DNA of 20,000 nucleotides from Chiloscyllium plagiosum (Eukaryota): positions 4,677,627-4,697,626 of the forward strand of contig NC_057720.1 of NCBI RefSeq assembly GCF_004010195.1, in the 5' to 3' direction. Under the pieces are notes generated by a model. It was not told the DNA's origin and ran no database searches. It saw only the letters and a program-made list of their open reading frames with translations. A program made the translations under genes and the position numbers. This document shows, piece by piece, positions 9,728 through 19,249 of the stretch. How positions within the stretch are numbered: the first letter of the stretch is position 1; every line of letters begins with the position of its first letter.

Positions 9728-10074
9728 CCAATGAAACTGTCAACTAGTTCAGCATAGTCTATTTAAGTCACCTTTGATCATCACAATCAGACCTCTTATG
9801 GGCGGTGTATTTAATATGCTTACTAAAGTTGTTATTTTGTCAATAATCCCATTCTCACCTGTATTAATAAAACTGCATCAGTTTAAAATGATTAAATATG
9901 TCAAAGAGATTTTAAAAATCAGTTCCAGGAGAAGTTGGGTCATGGTAATGTTGTTGCATTGGGAAGACAGATGGCTGGGGCATGGGTTTAGAACCCACCT
10001 TTAGAAAATTTAACACGCTTGCCAGACATCAGTATTGCATGTAGTTGTGGGCGCCACATTCTCGGTAACATGTG

Positions 10075-10890
10075 AATGCATTATACAGAGCGCAATTCAT
10101 AATTTATAATGATGGTTCCAGGTGGGAGAGACTTCAGTTGTGGTGGAGGCAGATTCAACTGAGGCATTGAAGAGGGAAGTACATGGTCATTTGGATAGAA
10201 ATGGTATGCAGGAAAAAATCAGAGGTATGGCACTGGGTAATGGAGCCAGACTTAATAGGGCTGGTACAGGCATGATGGGCTGAATGGAGGTTTAAATCAG
10301 AGTGGTGCTGGAAAAGCACAGCAGGTCAGGCAGCATCTGAGGAGCAGGAAAATTGACATATCGGGCAAAAGCCCTTCATCAGGACTAGAGGCAGGGAGCC
10401 TGCAGGGTGGAGAGATAAATGGAGGGGCGGGGGTTCAGGCTGGGGAGAAGGTAGCAAAGAGTACAATAGGTGAATGGGGATGGGGATGGAGGTGATTGGT
10501 CAGGGGAGGGTGAAGCGGATAGGTGGGAAGGGAGATTGACAGGTGGCCACGGGGCAGTGTGGTTGATTGGTGCGGGTGTTCCGGAGATGTTCCCTAAAGC
10601 GCTCTGCTCGGAGGCGTCCAGTCTCCCCAATATAGAGGAGACCGCATCGGGAGCAACAGATACAATAAATGATATTGGTGGATGTGCAGGTGAAATTTTG
10701 ATGGATGTGGAAGGCTCCTTTGGGGCCTTGGATGGAGGTGAGGGAGGAGGTGTGGGCACAGGTTTTGCAATTTCTGCAGTGGCAGGGGAGGGTGCCAGGA
10801 CAGGAGGGTGGTTTGTTGGGGGGCATGGACCTGACCAGGTAGTCACGGATGATAGGCTGAATGGTCTCCTTTTGCACTGTAATAACTACA
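10075..10890 (+). mobile_element. Diverged CR1 3' fragment hosting a PLE
   Basis: GTGGTGGAGGCAGATTC...GCATTGAAGAGGGAAG, with tail ATGATGGGCTGAATGG|TCTCCTTTTGCACTGTAATAAC split by the PLE. Confidence 0.65.
10288..10848 (-). mobile_element. Penelope-like element fragment: GIY-YIG endonuclease piece plus pseudo-LTR with mutated HHR
   Basis: CHCRNCKTC...FTCTSTNIIYCICCSRCGLLYIGETGRLRAERFREHL (GIY-YIG with upstream Cys cluster). 16 bp TSD ATGATRGGCTGAATGG at 10272-10287 and 10849-10864. HHR at ~10353-10385 has GAAA changed to GATA. Confidence 0.92.
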
Positions 10891-11045
10891 CAATTCAATT
10901 AATAAATCTGTCAGTGAAACTAGTTTCCATTATGACCATGAAACTGTTGTTGCTTGTTAAGGAAATCCATCTGGTCCACTGATGTCCTGTATGGGAAGAA
11001 AATTGCCAACTTTACTTGATTTGGCCTCAGTGTGACTTCAGACCC

Positions 11046-12016
11046 TGTTATACCTGAGGCTGGAATGGTGCACTGTTACCCTAGTCTCACTGCTTCATGA
11101 GTCACAACATAAAATAAAACTGATATTCCCCATTACAGAAGTAGACAATTAAAAACCTTATCTCTATCAGATTTTGAAAAGGAATCATAAACTAGGTTTC
11201 TTAATAAACATGATTATTCATTTGTTATCAAATCAAAATTTATTCATTGAATGCAACAATGAGTCAACATACGAGTAATGTACAGGTATAGATGTTTATC
11301 TCTCCTAGTAACCTTAATCACATACATGTTCGCATACAGAGTCACAGAGTCATACAGCACAGAAACAGATCTTCCTGTGTAACCAGTCCATGTCATAATC
11401 CCAAACTAAAGTAGTCCCATCTGCCTACTCCTGGCTCATCTGCCAAGTAAAGGATGAAAAAATGGAATTCCCTGCAGAGATTATCCTTTTGGAAAAAACC
11501 ACTTTGCCCAGCGGGTTATTCTAGAAGCTGAAAGGGATAAGGCATGGAAAGTTCCAAAGTCTGTTGCTCTGATGTTCTGCATGTGTGGTGATGTCACTAA
11601 ATATGCACAGTTGTCTCTGGTGTCTTGACAGCCACATCTTGCTCAGAAGAGTCTGCAATCACTTCTGCTGAAGAACCCGTTTCATCCTGAACTTAATAAG
11701 AAAATTATTTTCAGACAATAGGAGACATGAGGTGGGCACTGCTTCCTCACAGGCTTCTTGTCCCTCAACTAATTCCATAAAAACACTGTCCAAGCCATTC
11801 ACTGGTCAAACAGTTCCAGCTTAGGTCTATCACAAAACGGCAGGTATCACCAGCCTTGTGATTTCTAGGAAACCTCGTCCAATGGTGACCTTTCAATGAT
11901 TTCTTAAAGAAACCACTCCAGATTACTACACCATTTGAAAAACAAGTCAGTTCTTCCACATTCCTCCAGAAAGTAAGCCCACCAGGAAATAGTAAATATG
12001 AAGCATTTTTGTCACA
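11046..12016 (-). mobile_element. Solo LTR (971 bp) with a small antisense CR1 tail inside (~11338-11440)
   Basis: TGTTA...TCACA termini. 4 bp TSD ACCC at 11042-11045 and 12017-12020. Host SINE is restored when the LTR is removed. AATAAA on minus at 11239-11244 suggests orientation. Confidence 0.85.
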
Positions 12017-12057
12017 ACCCATAGTGGTGGGCTCAAAACAGAAATGGACAATCAAGT

Positions 12058-12468
12058 TTTCCCTGAAGTGTCGGAGGCTGAGGGGTGATCATAGAGGTTT
12101 ATAGAATCATGAGGGGCATGGGTAGGTTAAACAGACAAGGTCTTTCCCTGGGGTGGGGGAGTCCAGAACTAGAGGGCATAGGTTAAGGATGAGAGGGAAA
12201 AGATTTAAAAGGGATCTAAGAGGCAACATTTTCACGCAGAGGGTGGTACGTGTATGGAATGAGCTGCCAGAGGAAGTGATGGAGGCTGGTACAGTTGCAA
12301 CATTTAAAAGGCATCTGGATGGGTATATGAATAGGAAGGGTTTGGAGGGATACAAGCCAAATCCTGGCAAATGTAACTAGAATAGGTTAGAAAATCTGGT
12401 CAGCATGGATGAGTTGGACCGAAGGGTCTGTTTCCGTGCTGTATATCTCCGTGACTGTCTGACTCTAA
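12058..12468 (+). mobile_element. CR1 3' fragment
   Basis: ESRTRGHRLRMRGKRFKRDLRGNIFTQRVVRVWNELP, highly similar to 4190-4592. Confidence 0.95.
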
Positions 12469-13321
12469 GTAATTCCATTCAATGGCAATTAGGGCTAGAC
12501 AATAAATGTTAGCTTTGCCAGCGATGCCCACAGTCCATAATAGAATAAAAATAGATGTTGTTACGCTGTTTGTGCTGATTCTTGGAAGATGTTACGTTTG
12601 AAATTATACAAATGAGTTTGGGTGGCAAAACAAGCCATAAATCCACTTGCAATAACAAGCAGACTCCCAAATTTAATTTGTGCTGAGTTTTCTGATTGCA
12701 TCCAAATCAGAAACTTGATTCCACCACGTACAAGAAATGGCAATTTTTGCATTGTTTTAACTTTTAAATTGCGTTTGCAAAGTACTTGCCAGAACACAAG
12801 AAAATTCCAATTTGCTGTGAACGATATTAGCAGCAAATCCCAGTGTACTATAAGGTTCTTTGCGTAGAATAATATGTCTGAGCCTGTATTTGATAAACTG
12901 TTGCTTCACACTATTTCAAAGCAAAATATGTTTTGCAAGGGGCGATCATCATTGGGGCCTTTTCAAAATAACAGAGTGAGCTAATACATGGGGCCATTCT
13001 GCCTCTGGAAGACCCAATCAGTTGTAGGCCTGCTCCCTGTAGTGTTCAACATTTTTCTTCAGTTCTGGAATTGGAACTGCAGTCATTAATCTAGGATCAT
13101 TTGTCCAGTCAGATTGCCATGCACCAGTATGCAACCCCCACCTTCTCCATCCCCTCCCCACCCCCAGGCCATTATTCATTTATTTGCTATTTCACTAAGT
13201 AAGCCTGTTTATATTTGACACTCACTGAACTTAGTTGCTTGGCCCCGGGGTGTTGGCTAAAAGCTAAAGTATATACCCACCACAGGAAAATCTAAAAGCT
13301 GGAGCTGGAAAGGGATGCGTC

Positions 13322-13497
13322 CATTAATGTCGTTTAGGAAGGAAATCTGCCATCTTTACTGGTCTGGCCTACATGTGACTCCAGACCCACAGCAATGTGG
13401 TTGACTCTTAACCACCCCCTGGGCAATTAGGGATGGGCAATAAATGCTGGTCTGGCCAGCAAGGCCATCATCCCATGACTGAAATAATAAAGAAAAG
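13322..13497 (+). mobile_element. 3' half of a SINE with LINE-B tail (tentatively MER131-like)
   Basis: AGGAAGGAAATCTGCC...TGTGACTCCAGACCCACAGCAATGTGG...GGGCAATTAGGGATGGGCAATAAATGCTGG. The tail is shared with 8183-8231 and 12483-12540. Confidence 0.7.
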
Positions 13498-13739
13498 TGC
13501 AACTGTTTTATGTTTGCAGTGATATTTAGAACCTGTTGCACACTTTGAAATTAACACCATGCTTTCACATTCTGAGATAGGTTGAAAATACAAGAAACGA
13601 TTGAATATGCTATGCTATTGTTGCTCTCCCGGGTAGGCATGCAATTTCTTTATACCTTTTTGCGTGTAACCACAAACAGAGTGCAGTCCAACGTTCACAA
13701 TATCTTGCTGCATAAAAAAACACGCCACCCATTTGTTAT

Positions 13740-13972
13740 TTGCTGTTTGCAACCTTCAGTATTATTTGTATTAATGATGATGAAGCATAGTTTTAATAAT
13801 AATTTAAACACAGTTTGGCAGTTAACTACCAGTCATCATCTAACTGCTACATTCTTCCAGGCAGCATCTCTTCCACTCAGAGTTCACTTGCCAACCAATC
13901 AGCACTGTCTTCTCATACACTATAAACAGTCTAGTGCATTCTAATGAGTGCAAGACAAAAAGTCTTCAACAA
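13740..13972 (+). mobile_element. Old dispersed repeat, probably a PLE terminus with decayed HHR (copy 1)
   Basis: Homologous to 15885-16066. CCAAT and TATAAA boxes are followed by CTAATGA-GT(GCAAG)AC-AAAA-AGTCTTC at 13941-13967, a decayed CTGATGA...GAAA. Confidence 0.6.
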
Positions 13973-14004
13973 ATTTTGAAGTTTTACTAGACTTTACTCG
14001 TCTG

Positions 14005-14288
14005 AAATGAATGGATTTCCTTATGAGGAAAGGCTGGACACGCCAGGACTGGATCCTCTGGAGGTTAGAGATGACTTAATTGAAACTTATAAAGATCCTG
14101 AGGGAACTTGACTGGGTGGATGAGGATGTTTCCTCTTGTGGGAGAATCTAGAACAAGGGGTAATAGTTTAAAAATAATGAGTCACCCTTTTAAAACAGAG
14201 GATTTTTAACTTTCTCTGACGCTTGAGAGACTTTGCTATTCCCTTCCAGTGGATGCAAAATCTTTAAATATTTCTAAGGCAGAGAGTT
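14005..14288 (+). mobile_element. Diverged CR1 ORF2 3' fragment
   Basis: TATGAGGAAAGGCTGGAC...GATGACTTAATTGAAACTTATAAAG...GAATCTAGAACAAGGGG. Confidence 0.75.
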
Positions 14289-14291
14289 TCT

Positions 14292-14735
14292 ACACTTGCT
14301 CCGTATTCCTCTAATCCCTCCCTGTTCATGTGTCTTTCTAAATGCCTCTTAAACATTGCTATTGTATTTGCTTCTACTGCCTCTCCTGGCAGTACTTTCC
14401 AGGCGAAAGTGCAGATGCTGGAGATCAGAGTCAAGATTAGTGTGCGGTGCTGGAAAAGCACAGCAGGTCAGGCAGCATCCGAGGAGCAGGAGAATCGACA
14501 TTTCGGGCAAAAGCCCTTCATCAGCACTTTTCAGGCACCTACCACCATCCGTGTAAAAAAAAGCTTCCTTCACACACCTTTAAACTCTGCCCCTCTTGCC
14601 ATAAACCTATACCCCCCAGTATTTAACATTTCTCCCTCGGGAAAAAGACTCCGACTATCCACACCTCTCTTAGTTTGATATATTTCTATTCACTCAGCCC
14701 CCCTCAACTTCTGACACACTAGTAAAAACAATCAT
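14292..14735 (-). mobile_element. Diverged CR1 3' fragment hosting a PLE piece
   Basis: Minus strand: AWKVLPGEAVEANTIAMFKRHLERHMNREGLEEYG. Confidence 0.85.
14405..14524 (-). mobile_element. ~120 bp PLE terminus beginning exactly at the HHR core
   Basis: 15 bp TSD CAGTACTTTCCAGGC / CAGCACTTTTCAGGC at 14390-14404 and 14522-14536. Minus strand CTGATGA-A-GGGC(TTTT)GCCC-GAAATGTC. Confidence 0.88.
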
Positions 14736-14934
14736 CTTCGCACTTCCTCAAAAAATTCAAGTTTGTGAAACAAAACGCCCCCCAAATAAAACCACTCTCC
14801 CGAATGAGTCCTCGCTTTTCCCAAATGCCAGTAAAGCTGCAATGGGCCGAAGCTTGCCTTTCATTCCCACAACTTATTAAATTTGCAACTTGACAAAATT
14901 ATAGTTATTGATCTACACTAACGTCAGAAAGAGG

Positions 14935-15050
14935 ATAACGATTCATTTAAAACATAATGTACTATTGATGCTGACCCAACATTTACTGCCCATTGCTGAT
15001 TGCCCTTCAGATGATGCTGGTGAGTTGTCTCCTTGAAACATTGCATTTTA
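14935..15050 (-). mobile_element. LINE-B 3' tail fragment
   Basis: Minus strand CACCAGCATCATCTGAAGGGCAATCAGCAATGGGCAGTAAATGTTGG resembles 8165-8215. Confidence 0.65.
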
Positions 15051-15366
15051 AATAAAAGGATTGTGGTCTCCTCTCCTCTTTGGAACTTAGTGGGTTTTTT
15101 TTCACCCATCTTCATGTGGGCCACTTCTCACTGTCTTTGAGTGTGCCGTCACACAATTGCATAAAATAGCATTAGCGTTTCATCAGCTACAAATAGGGAA
15201 TCAATAACATAATCTTCTACAGTGTAAGAGTATGCATTAAATAAATTGAAAGATCAGTTAAAACAGAAGAAATCTGGCTGTCTTTCGGAACGTGCAAGTA
15301 AATCAGGAGTGGTAAGGTGACTTTGATATTTCTCCTGTCAAGATCGGACAGAGGCAAAGGAAGAAC

Positions 15367-15515
15367 ATGAATTTATATAGCATCTTTCACAACCTCATGA
15401 GGTCCCAAAGTGCTTCACGGGCAGTGAAGCGGTTTATGAAGTGGGACCATTCGAATAAAATCAGGAAACAGGGATACTATTTGCAGTGAGATCCCACAGG
15501 GACAGCTATGAGATC
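15367..15515 (-). mobile_element. Old DeuSINE-like (L2-tailed) fragment in the SPATA1 3' UTR
   Basis: Minus-strand tail AAGCACTTTGGGACCTCATGAGGTTGTGAAAGATGCTATATAAATTCA resembles the L2/DeuSINE 3' end (recognised from memory). Confidence 0.55.
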
Positions 15516-15539
15516 AAAGGCAACATAGTCTCATTTCGG

Positions 15540-15668
15540 TTAAGTCACTAAAACATTCAAACTGTGAGGTACGGAGCCATTACGCAGGCGATTTAAGGAT
15601 GACTGGGTCTTCTTCTGTGCTAATTCAGCACGGAGAGCTCGGAGGTCTGTAGTTGTCTGCTTTCTTAG
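15540..15668 (-). CDS. SPATA1: Spermatogenesis-associated protein 1, last coding exon
   Basis: LRKQTTTDLRALRAELAQKKTQSSLNRLRNGSVPHSLNVLVT* matches recalled human MRKQAVSDLRTLKTELAQKK. Acceptor ctcctattgcctttgcag (phase 0), stop TAA at 15540-15542. Confidence 0.9.
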   Translation of the reverse strand, partial: LRKQTTTDLRALRAELAQKKTQSSLNRLRNGSVPHSLNVLVT

Positions 15669-15884
15669 CTGCAAAGGCAATAGGAGTAATTGAAGTATTA
15701 TTAAAAAAAGTGTACTGAATGGCAACTTTCCTACCTGACTCAGCTGAAAACAGCCAGCATATTTTCACACAGTCAGAGCACAAAGCACTAATGTACTCAT
15801 TTAAAAATGTTACGTTTGTATAACAATGCTTTTAACTGGGGCTGAATAGAAGCATCGAAATGCGAGCAGGAGTTGGTTAATTGC

Positions 15885-16066
15885 CTTTTGCAACCTTAAA
15901 TCTTTTTTGTATTAATGATGGTGAAGCATAGTTTTAATAACAATTTAAACAAACCTTGGTAGTAAACCATCAGTCATCATCTAACTGGCGCATTCTCCCT
16001 GGCAGAATCCTTATTATTCAGAGTTCACTTGCCAACCAAACAGCATGGTCTTCTCATACACTATAA
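15885..16066 (+). repeat. Second copy of the 13740-13972 repeat (lacks the HHR end)
   Basis: TTGCAACCTT...GAAGCATAGTTTTAATAA...CAGAGTTCACTTGCCAACCAA...TCTTCTCATACACTATAA is present in both copies. Confidence 0.85.
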
Positions 16067-16436
16067 GTTATTATAGAGCTCACTACTCAGTGAGATTGGG
16101 GCTCATCTGATCATTCTCTGGTCCATATTCCTGCCCCACCCCCGGAACCCTTGATTCCCTAAGTGATTAAAACTCAGCCATGAATATACTTAATGACCCA
16201 ACATAGACACACCTCTGCGGTAAAGAAATCCACAAATATGTTATCGTCTGGGGGGAAAAAAAAATCCTTCTCATCTGTCTTAAATGTACAACCTCTGATT
16301 CTGAGATGATACCCTCTAGTCCTAGACTCACCGAAAAGGGAGGAGAAAGTGAGGACTGCAGATGCTGGAGATCAGAGCTGAAAATGTGTTGCTGGACAAG
16401 CGCAGCAGGTCAGGCAGCATCCAAGGAGCAGGAGAA

Positions 16437-16468
16437 TCGACGTTTCGGGCACAAGCCCTTCTTCAGGA
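16437..16468 (-). ncRNA. Minimal hammerhead motif, intact core, sense to SPATA1
   Basis: TC-CTGAAGA-A-GGGC(TTGT)GCCC-GAAA-C-GTC-GA. Stem I is very short. Confidence 0.7.
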
Positions 16469-16650
16469 ATGAGGAAAGTGTGTCCAGCAGGCTAAGATAA
16501 AAAGGTAAGGAGGAGGGACTTGGGGGAGAGGCATTGGAAATGCGATAGGTGGAAGGAGGTCAAGGTGAGGGTGATAGGCCGGACTGGGGGCGGGGGCGGA
16601 GAGGTCAGGAAGAAGATTGCAGGTTAGGAAGGTGGTGCTGAGTTCGAGGG

Positions 16651-17599
16651 NNNNNNNNNNNNNNNNNNNNNNNNNNNNNNNNNNNNNNNNNNNNNNNNNN
16701 NNNNNNNNNNNNNNNNNNNNNNNNNNNNNNNNNNNNNNNNNNNNNNNNNNNNNNNNNNNNNNNNNNNNNNNNNNNNNNNNNNNNNNNNNNNNNNNNNNNN
16801 NNNNNNNNNNNNNNNNNNNNNNNNNNNNNNNNNNNNNNNNNNNNNNNNNNNNNNNNNNNNNNNNNNNNNNNNNNNNNNNNNNNNNNNNNNNNNNNNNNNN
16901 NNNNNNNNNNNNNNNNNNNNNNNNNNNNNNNNNNNNNNNNNNNNNNNNNNNNNNNNNNNNNNNNNNNNNNNNNNNNNNNNNNNNNNNNNNNNNNNNNNNN
17001 NNNNNNNNNNNNNNNNNNNNNNNNNNNNNNNNNNNNNNNNNNNNNNNNNNNNNNNNNNNNNNNNNNNNNNNNNNNNNNNNNNNNNNNNNNNNNNNNNNNN
17101 NNNNNNNNNNNNNNNNNNNNNNNNNNNNNNNNNNNNNNNNNNNNNNNNNNNNNNNNNNNNNNNNNNNNNNNNNNNNNNNNNNNNNNNNNNNNNNNNNNNN
17201 NNNNNNNNNNNNNNNNNNNNNNNNNNNNNNNNNNNNNNNNNNNNNNNNNNNNNNNNNNNNNNNNNNNNNNNNNNNNNNNNNNNNNNNNNNNNNNNNNNNN
17301 NNNNNNNNNNNNNNNNNNNNNNNNNNNNNNNNNNNNNNNNNNNNNNNNNNNNNNNNNNNNNNNNNNNNNNNNNNNNNNNNNNNNNNNNNNNNNNNNNNNN
17401 NNNNNNNNNNNNNNNNNNNNNNNNNNNNNNNNNNNNNNNNNNNNNNNNNNNNNNNNNNNNNNNNNNNNNNNNNNNNNNNNNNNNNNNNNNNNNNNNNNNN
17501 NNNNNNNNNNNNNNNNNNNNNNNNNNNNNNNNNNNNNNNNNNNNNNNNNNNNNNNNNNNNNNNNNNNNNNNNNNNNNNNNNNNNNNNNNNNNNNNNNNN
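16651..17599. other. Assembly gap (949 N)
   Basis: Run of N. Confidence 1.
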
Positions 17600-17715
17600 A
17601 CTCCGGCCTATCACCCTCACCTTGACCTCCTTCCACCTATCGCATTTCCAACGCCCCTTCCCCAAGTCCCTCCTCCCTACCTTTCATCTTAGCCTGCTGG
17701 ACGCGCTTTCCTCAT

Positions 17716-17747
17716 TCCTGAAGAAGGGCTTGTGCCCGAAATGTCGA
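17716..17747 (+). ncRNA. Minimal hammerhead motif (C>T in stem III)
   Basis: TC-CTGAAGA-A-GGGC(TTGT)GCCC-GAAA-T-GTC-GA. Confidence 0.6.
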
Positions 17748-17873
17748 TTCTCCTGCTCCTTGGATGCTCACCGAAAAGGGAGCCAACCTTTCAGCATTTA
17801 CCCTGGCAGTAATCCAGTAATGACGTCTCTCATTCATCTGAACTCCAATGAGTATAGGACCAACCTACTCAAC

Positions 17874-18569
17874 TGTTATGGACCAGGCCAGACGCCCTCA
17901 AAACATGTTTAGAATGTAGCCCAGACCCAAACATTTTTAGTTGTTTTGGACAGATGTAAGGTGGATATTCCAGGAGTGATGCAGCTGACCAAAGCACTCA
18001 GTTTCAAGCAAACCAGAATTTATTTGCACACCACTGAATGAAACACAAACAAATGAAAACAGAATTTCGAATAACACCTATTTGAAAACCCAACCAACAT
18101 GATACCCACGCAATTTAACAAAGGAGCTGCTCCAAATTCATGCAACTTCTCCTTAAACATACCCCCTTGGCTAAATAAGTAAATTCAAACTTTGGTTCTT
18201 ACAGGAGAGATGCTCAAGAGAGTGAGTGTGTGTGTGCGTGTGAGAGTGAGTGAGTGAGTGAGAGAGAGTCAGCCAGAAACATCAGTTGAATCAGGGAATC
18301 TTTTTCTCCCCCAGCAGCTTTGAATAGACTGCTTGCTAAAACATAACCAAACGAAGAAAAAAGCCCTGAACTGGGAAACTGGCCATTTCCCCTTTCAATG
18401 TTAAAGTGCCTTGAAAAAAACCAAAAAGCCTTTTCCCTGATTGTTACCTTCGGCAGTATCTGTTAGCCACTAACAAAGTTATTAAACCCATGAAACCTCT
18501 GTCTTTTACAACCCCTCTTGAACAAAACCAAGGACAACATGACCTTGTTAAAGGAGCAGCATCATCACA
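17874..18569 (-). mobile_element. Solo LTR (696 bp)
   Basis: Termini TGTTATG...CATCACA. 4 bp TSD CAAC at 17870-17873 and 18570-18573. AATAAA on minus at 18019-18024. Confidence 0.88.
18217..18269. repeat. Compound (GT)n/(GAGT)n/(GA)n microsatellite inside the LTR
   Basis: agagagtgagtgtgtgtgtgcgtgtgagagtgagtgagtgagtgagagagagt. Confidence 0.9.
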
Positions 18570-18774
18570 CAACCTCTCCTCGTAAGAAAATCCTTCCTGA
18601 TGGATAAGGTTAGGGTTAGAGTATAGTTATATATAAATTATATGAAGATATAGACTAATAGCAGAGATACCAAACCAGCGGAAGGACATGCTAACATTGT
18701 CCTAACATTGTTCATACAGATTTTGGTACTAAAATTTATCCATGTACTGTATGTAGATGATGGGAATATTGTAC

Positions 18775-18938
18775 CTTTATCTCAGTAATTAGCTTCATTT
18801 TGGCATTTTCCACACTCCTGTAAAGCTGATCAATCTCATGCTTGAGTGTTGTGATCTGAATAATTAACTCGTTCTGTAAAAGAATATCATTCGTGTTTGT
18901 GTTGACAGAGCTGCTCATCTCACCAAGCATTATAAAAT
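18775..18938 (-). CDS. SPATA1: Spermatogenesis-associated protein 1, penultimate coding exon
   Basis: ELIIQITTLKHEIDQLYRSVENAKMKLITEIK matches recalled human ITKVQHEIDQLKRKLDTDKMKLIVEVK. Donor AAG|GTAC (phase 0) joins in frame to 15668. The acceptor ttccttctgctttgcaag is less certain. Confidence 0.88.
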
Positions 18939-19159
18939 CTTGCAAAGCAGAAGGAACAATTTTGCAAAGATTCCAGAAGCTTTGATTAGGTAGTCAAACT
19001 TGGCAGTAATTTTATCCCAGAAACAACATTGGGGAGGCTTGATCGTGAACCCCTGCCCCGAATCCATTGATGGTCTGACACTTGAATGGGAGACAAAAGC
19101 CCAACCATACATTACAGGAAAAAAAAATCACATAATTCCTAAAACAATTCCTCCCGAGG

Positions 19160-19245
19160 CTCTCTAAAGCTCTGGTCAGATCACATTTGGAGTATTGTGC
19201 ACAGTTCTGGGCTCCATACCTGAGGAAGGATGTGGTGAATTTTGA
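19160..19245 (+). mobile_element. Short CR1 ORF2 fragment
   Basis: KALVRSHLEYCAQFWAPYLRKDVV. Confidence 0.8.
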
Positions 19246-19249
19246 GACG

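Larger units (their letters stand above)
10895..12552 (+). mobile_element. SINE sharing the LINE-B tail (tentatively MER131-like), split by a solo LTR and a CR1
   Basis: Pieces 10895-11045, 12017-~12060 and ~12480-12552 rejoin to match the uninterrupted copy at 13322-13497 (GTGACTTCAGACCC|ATAG vs GTGACTCCAGACCCACAG; GGCAATTAGGG...AATAAATG tail). Confidence 0.7.
16343..17766. mobile_element. Penelope-like insertion with inverted pseudo-LTR arms spanning the assembly gap
   Basis: 16 bp TSD CTCACCGAAAAGGGAG at 16327-16342 and 17767-17782. 17600-17768 is an inverted copy of ~16416-16585. An HHR motif lies in each arm. Confidence 0.9.
16085..18600 (-). mobile_element. Old CR1-like 3' fragment broken into three pieces by a PLE and a solo LTR
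   Basis: Pieces 16085-16342, 17783-17873 and 18570-18600 join across TSDs (CCCTCTAGTCCTAGACTC; CCAACCTACTCAAC|CTCTCCTCGTAAG). Confidence 0.7.

Noticed and set aside
10385..10982. Pro-rich and Gly-rich ORFs (153 aa, 170 aa)
   Set aside because: Alternative frame and antisense readings of the PLE fragment.
12561..13944. Short ORFs 12561-12836, 12622-12867 and 13582-13944
   Set aside because: AT-rich, with no recognisable domain or supporting exon structure.
16463..17912. Long ORFs of 343-431 aa
   Set aside because: Artefacts of the 949-N gap.
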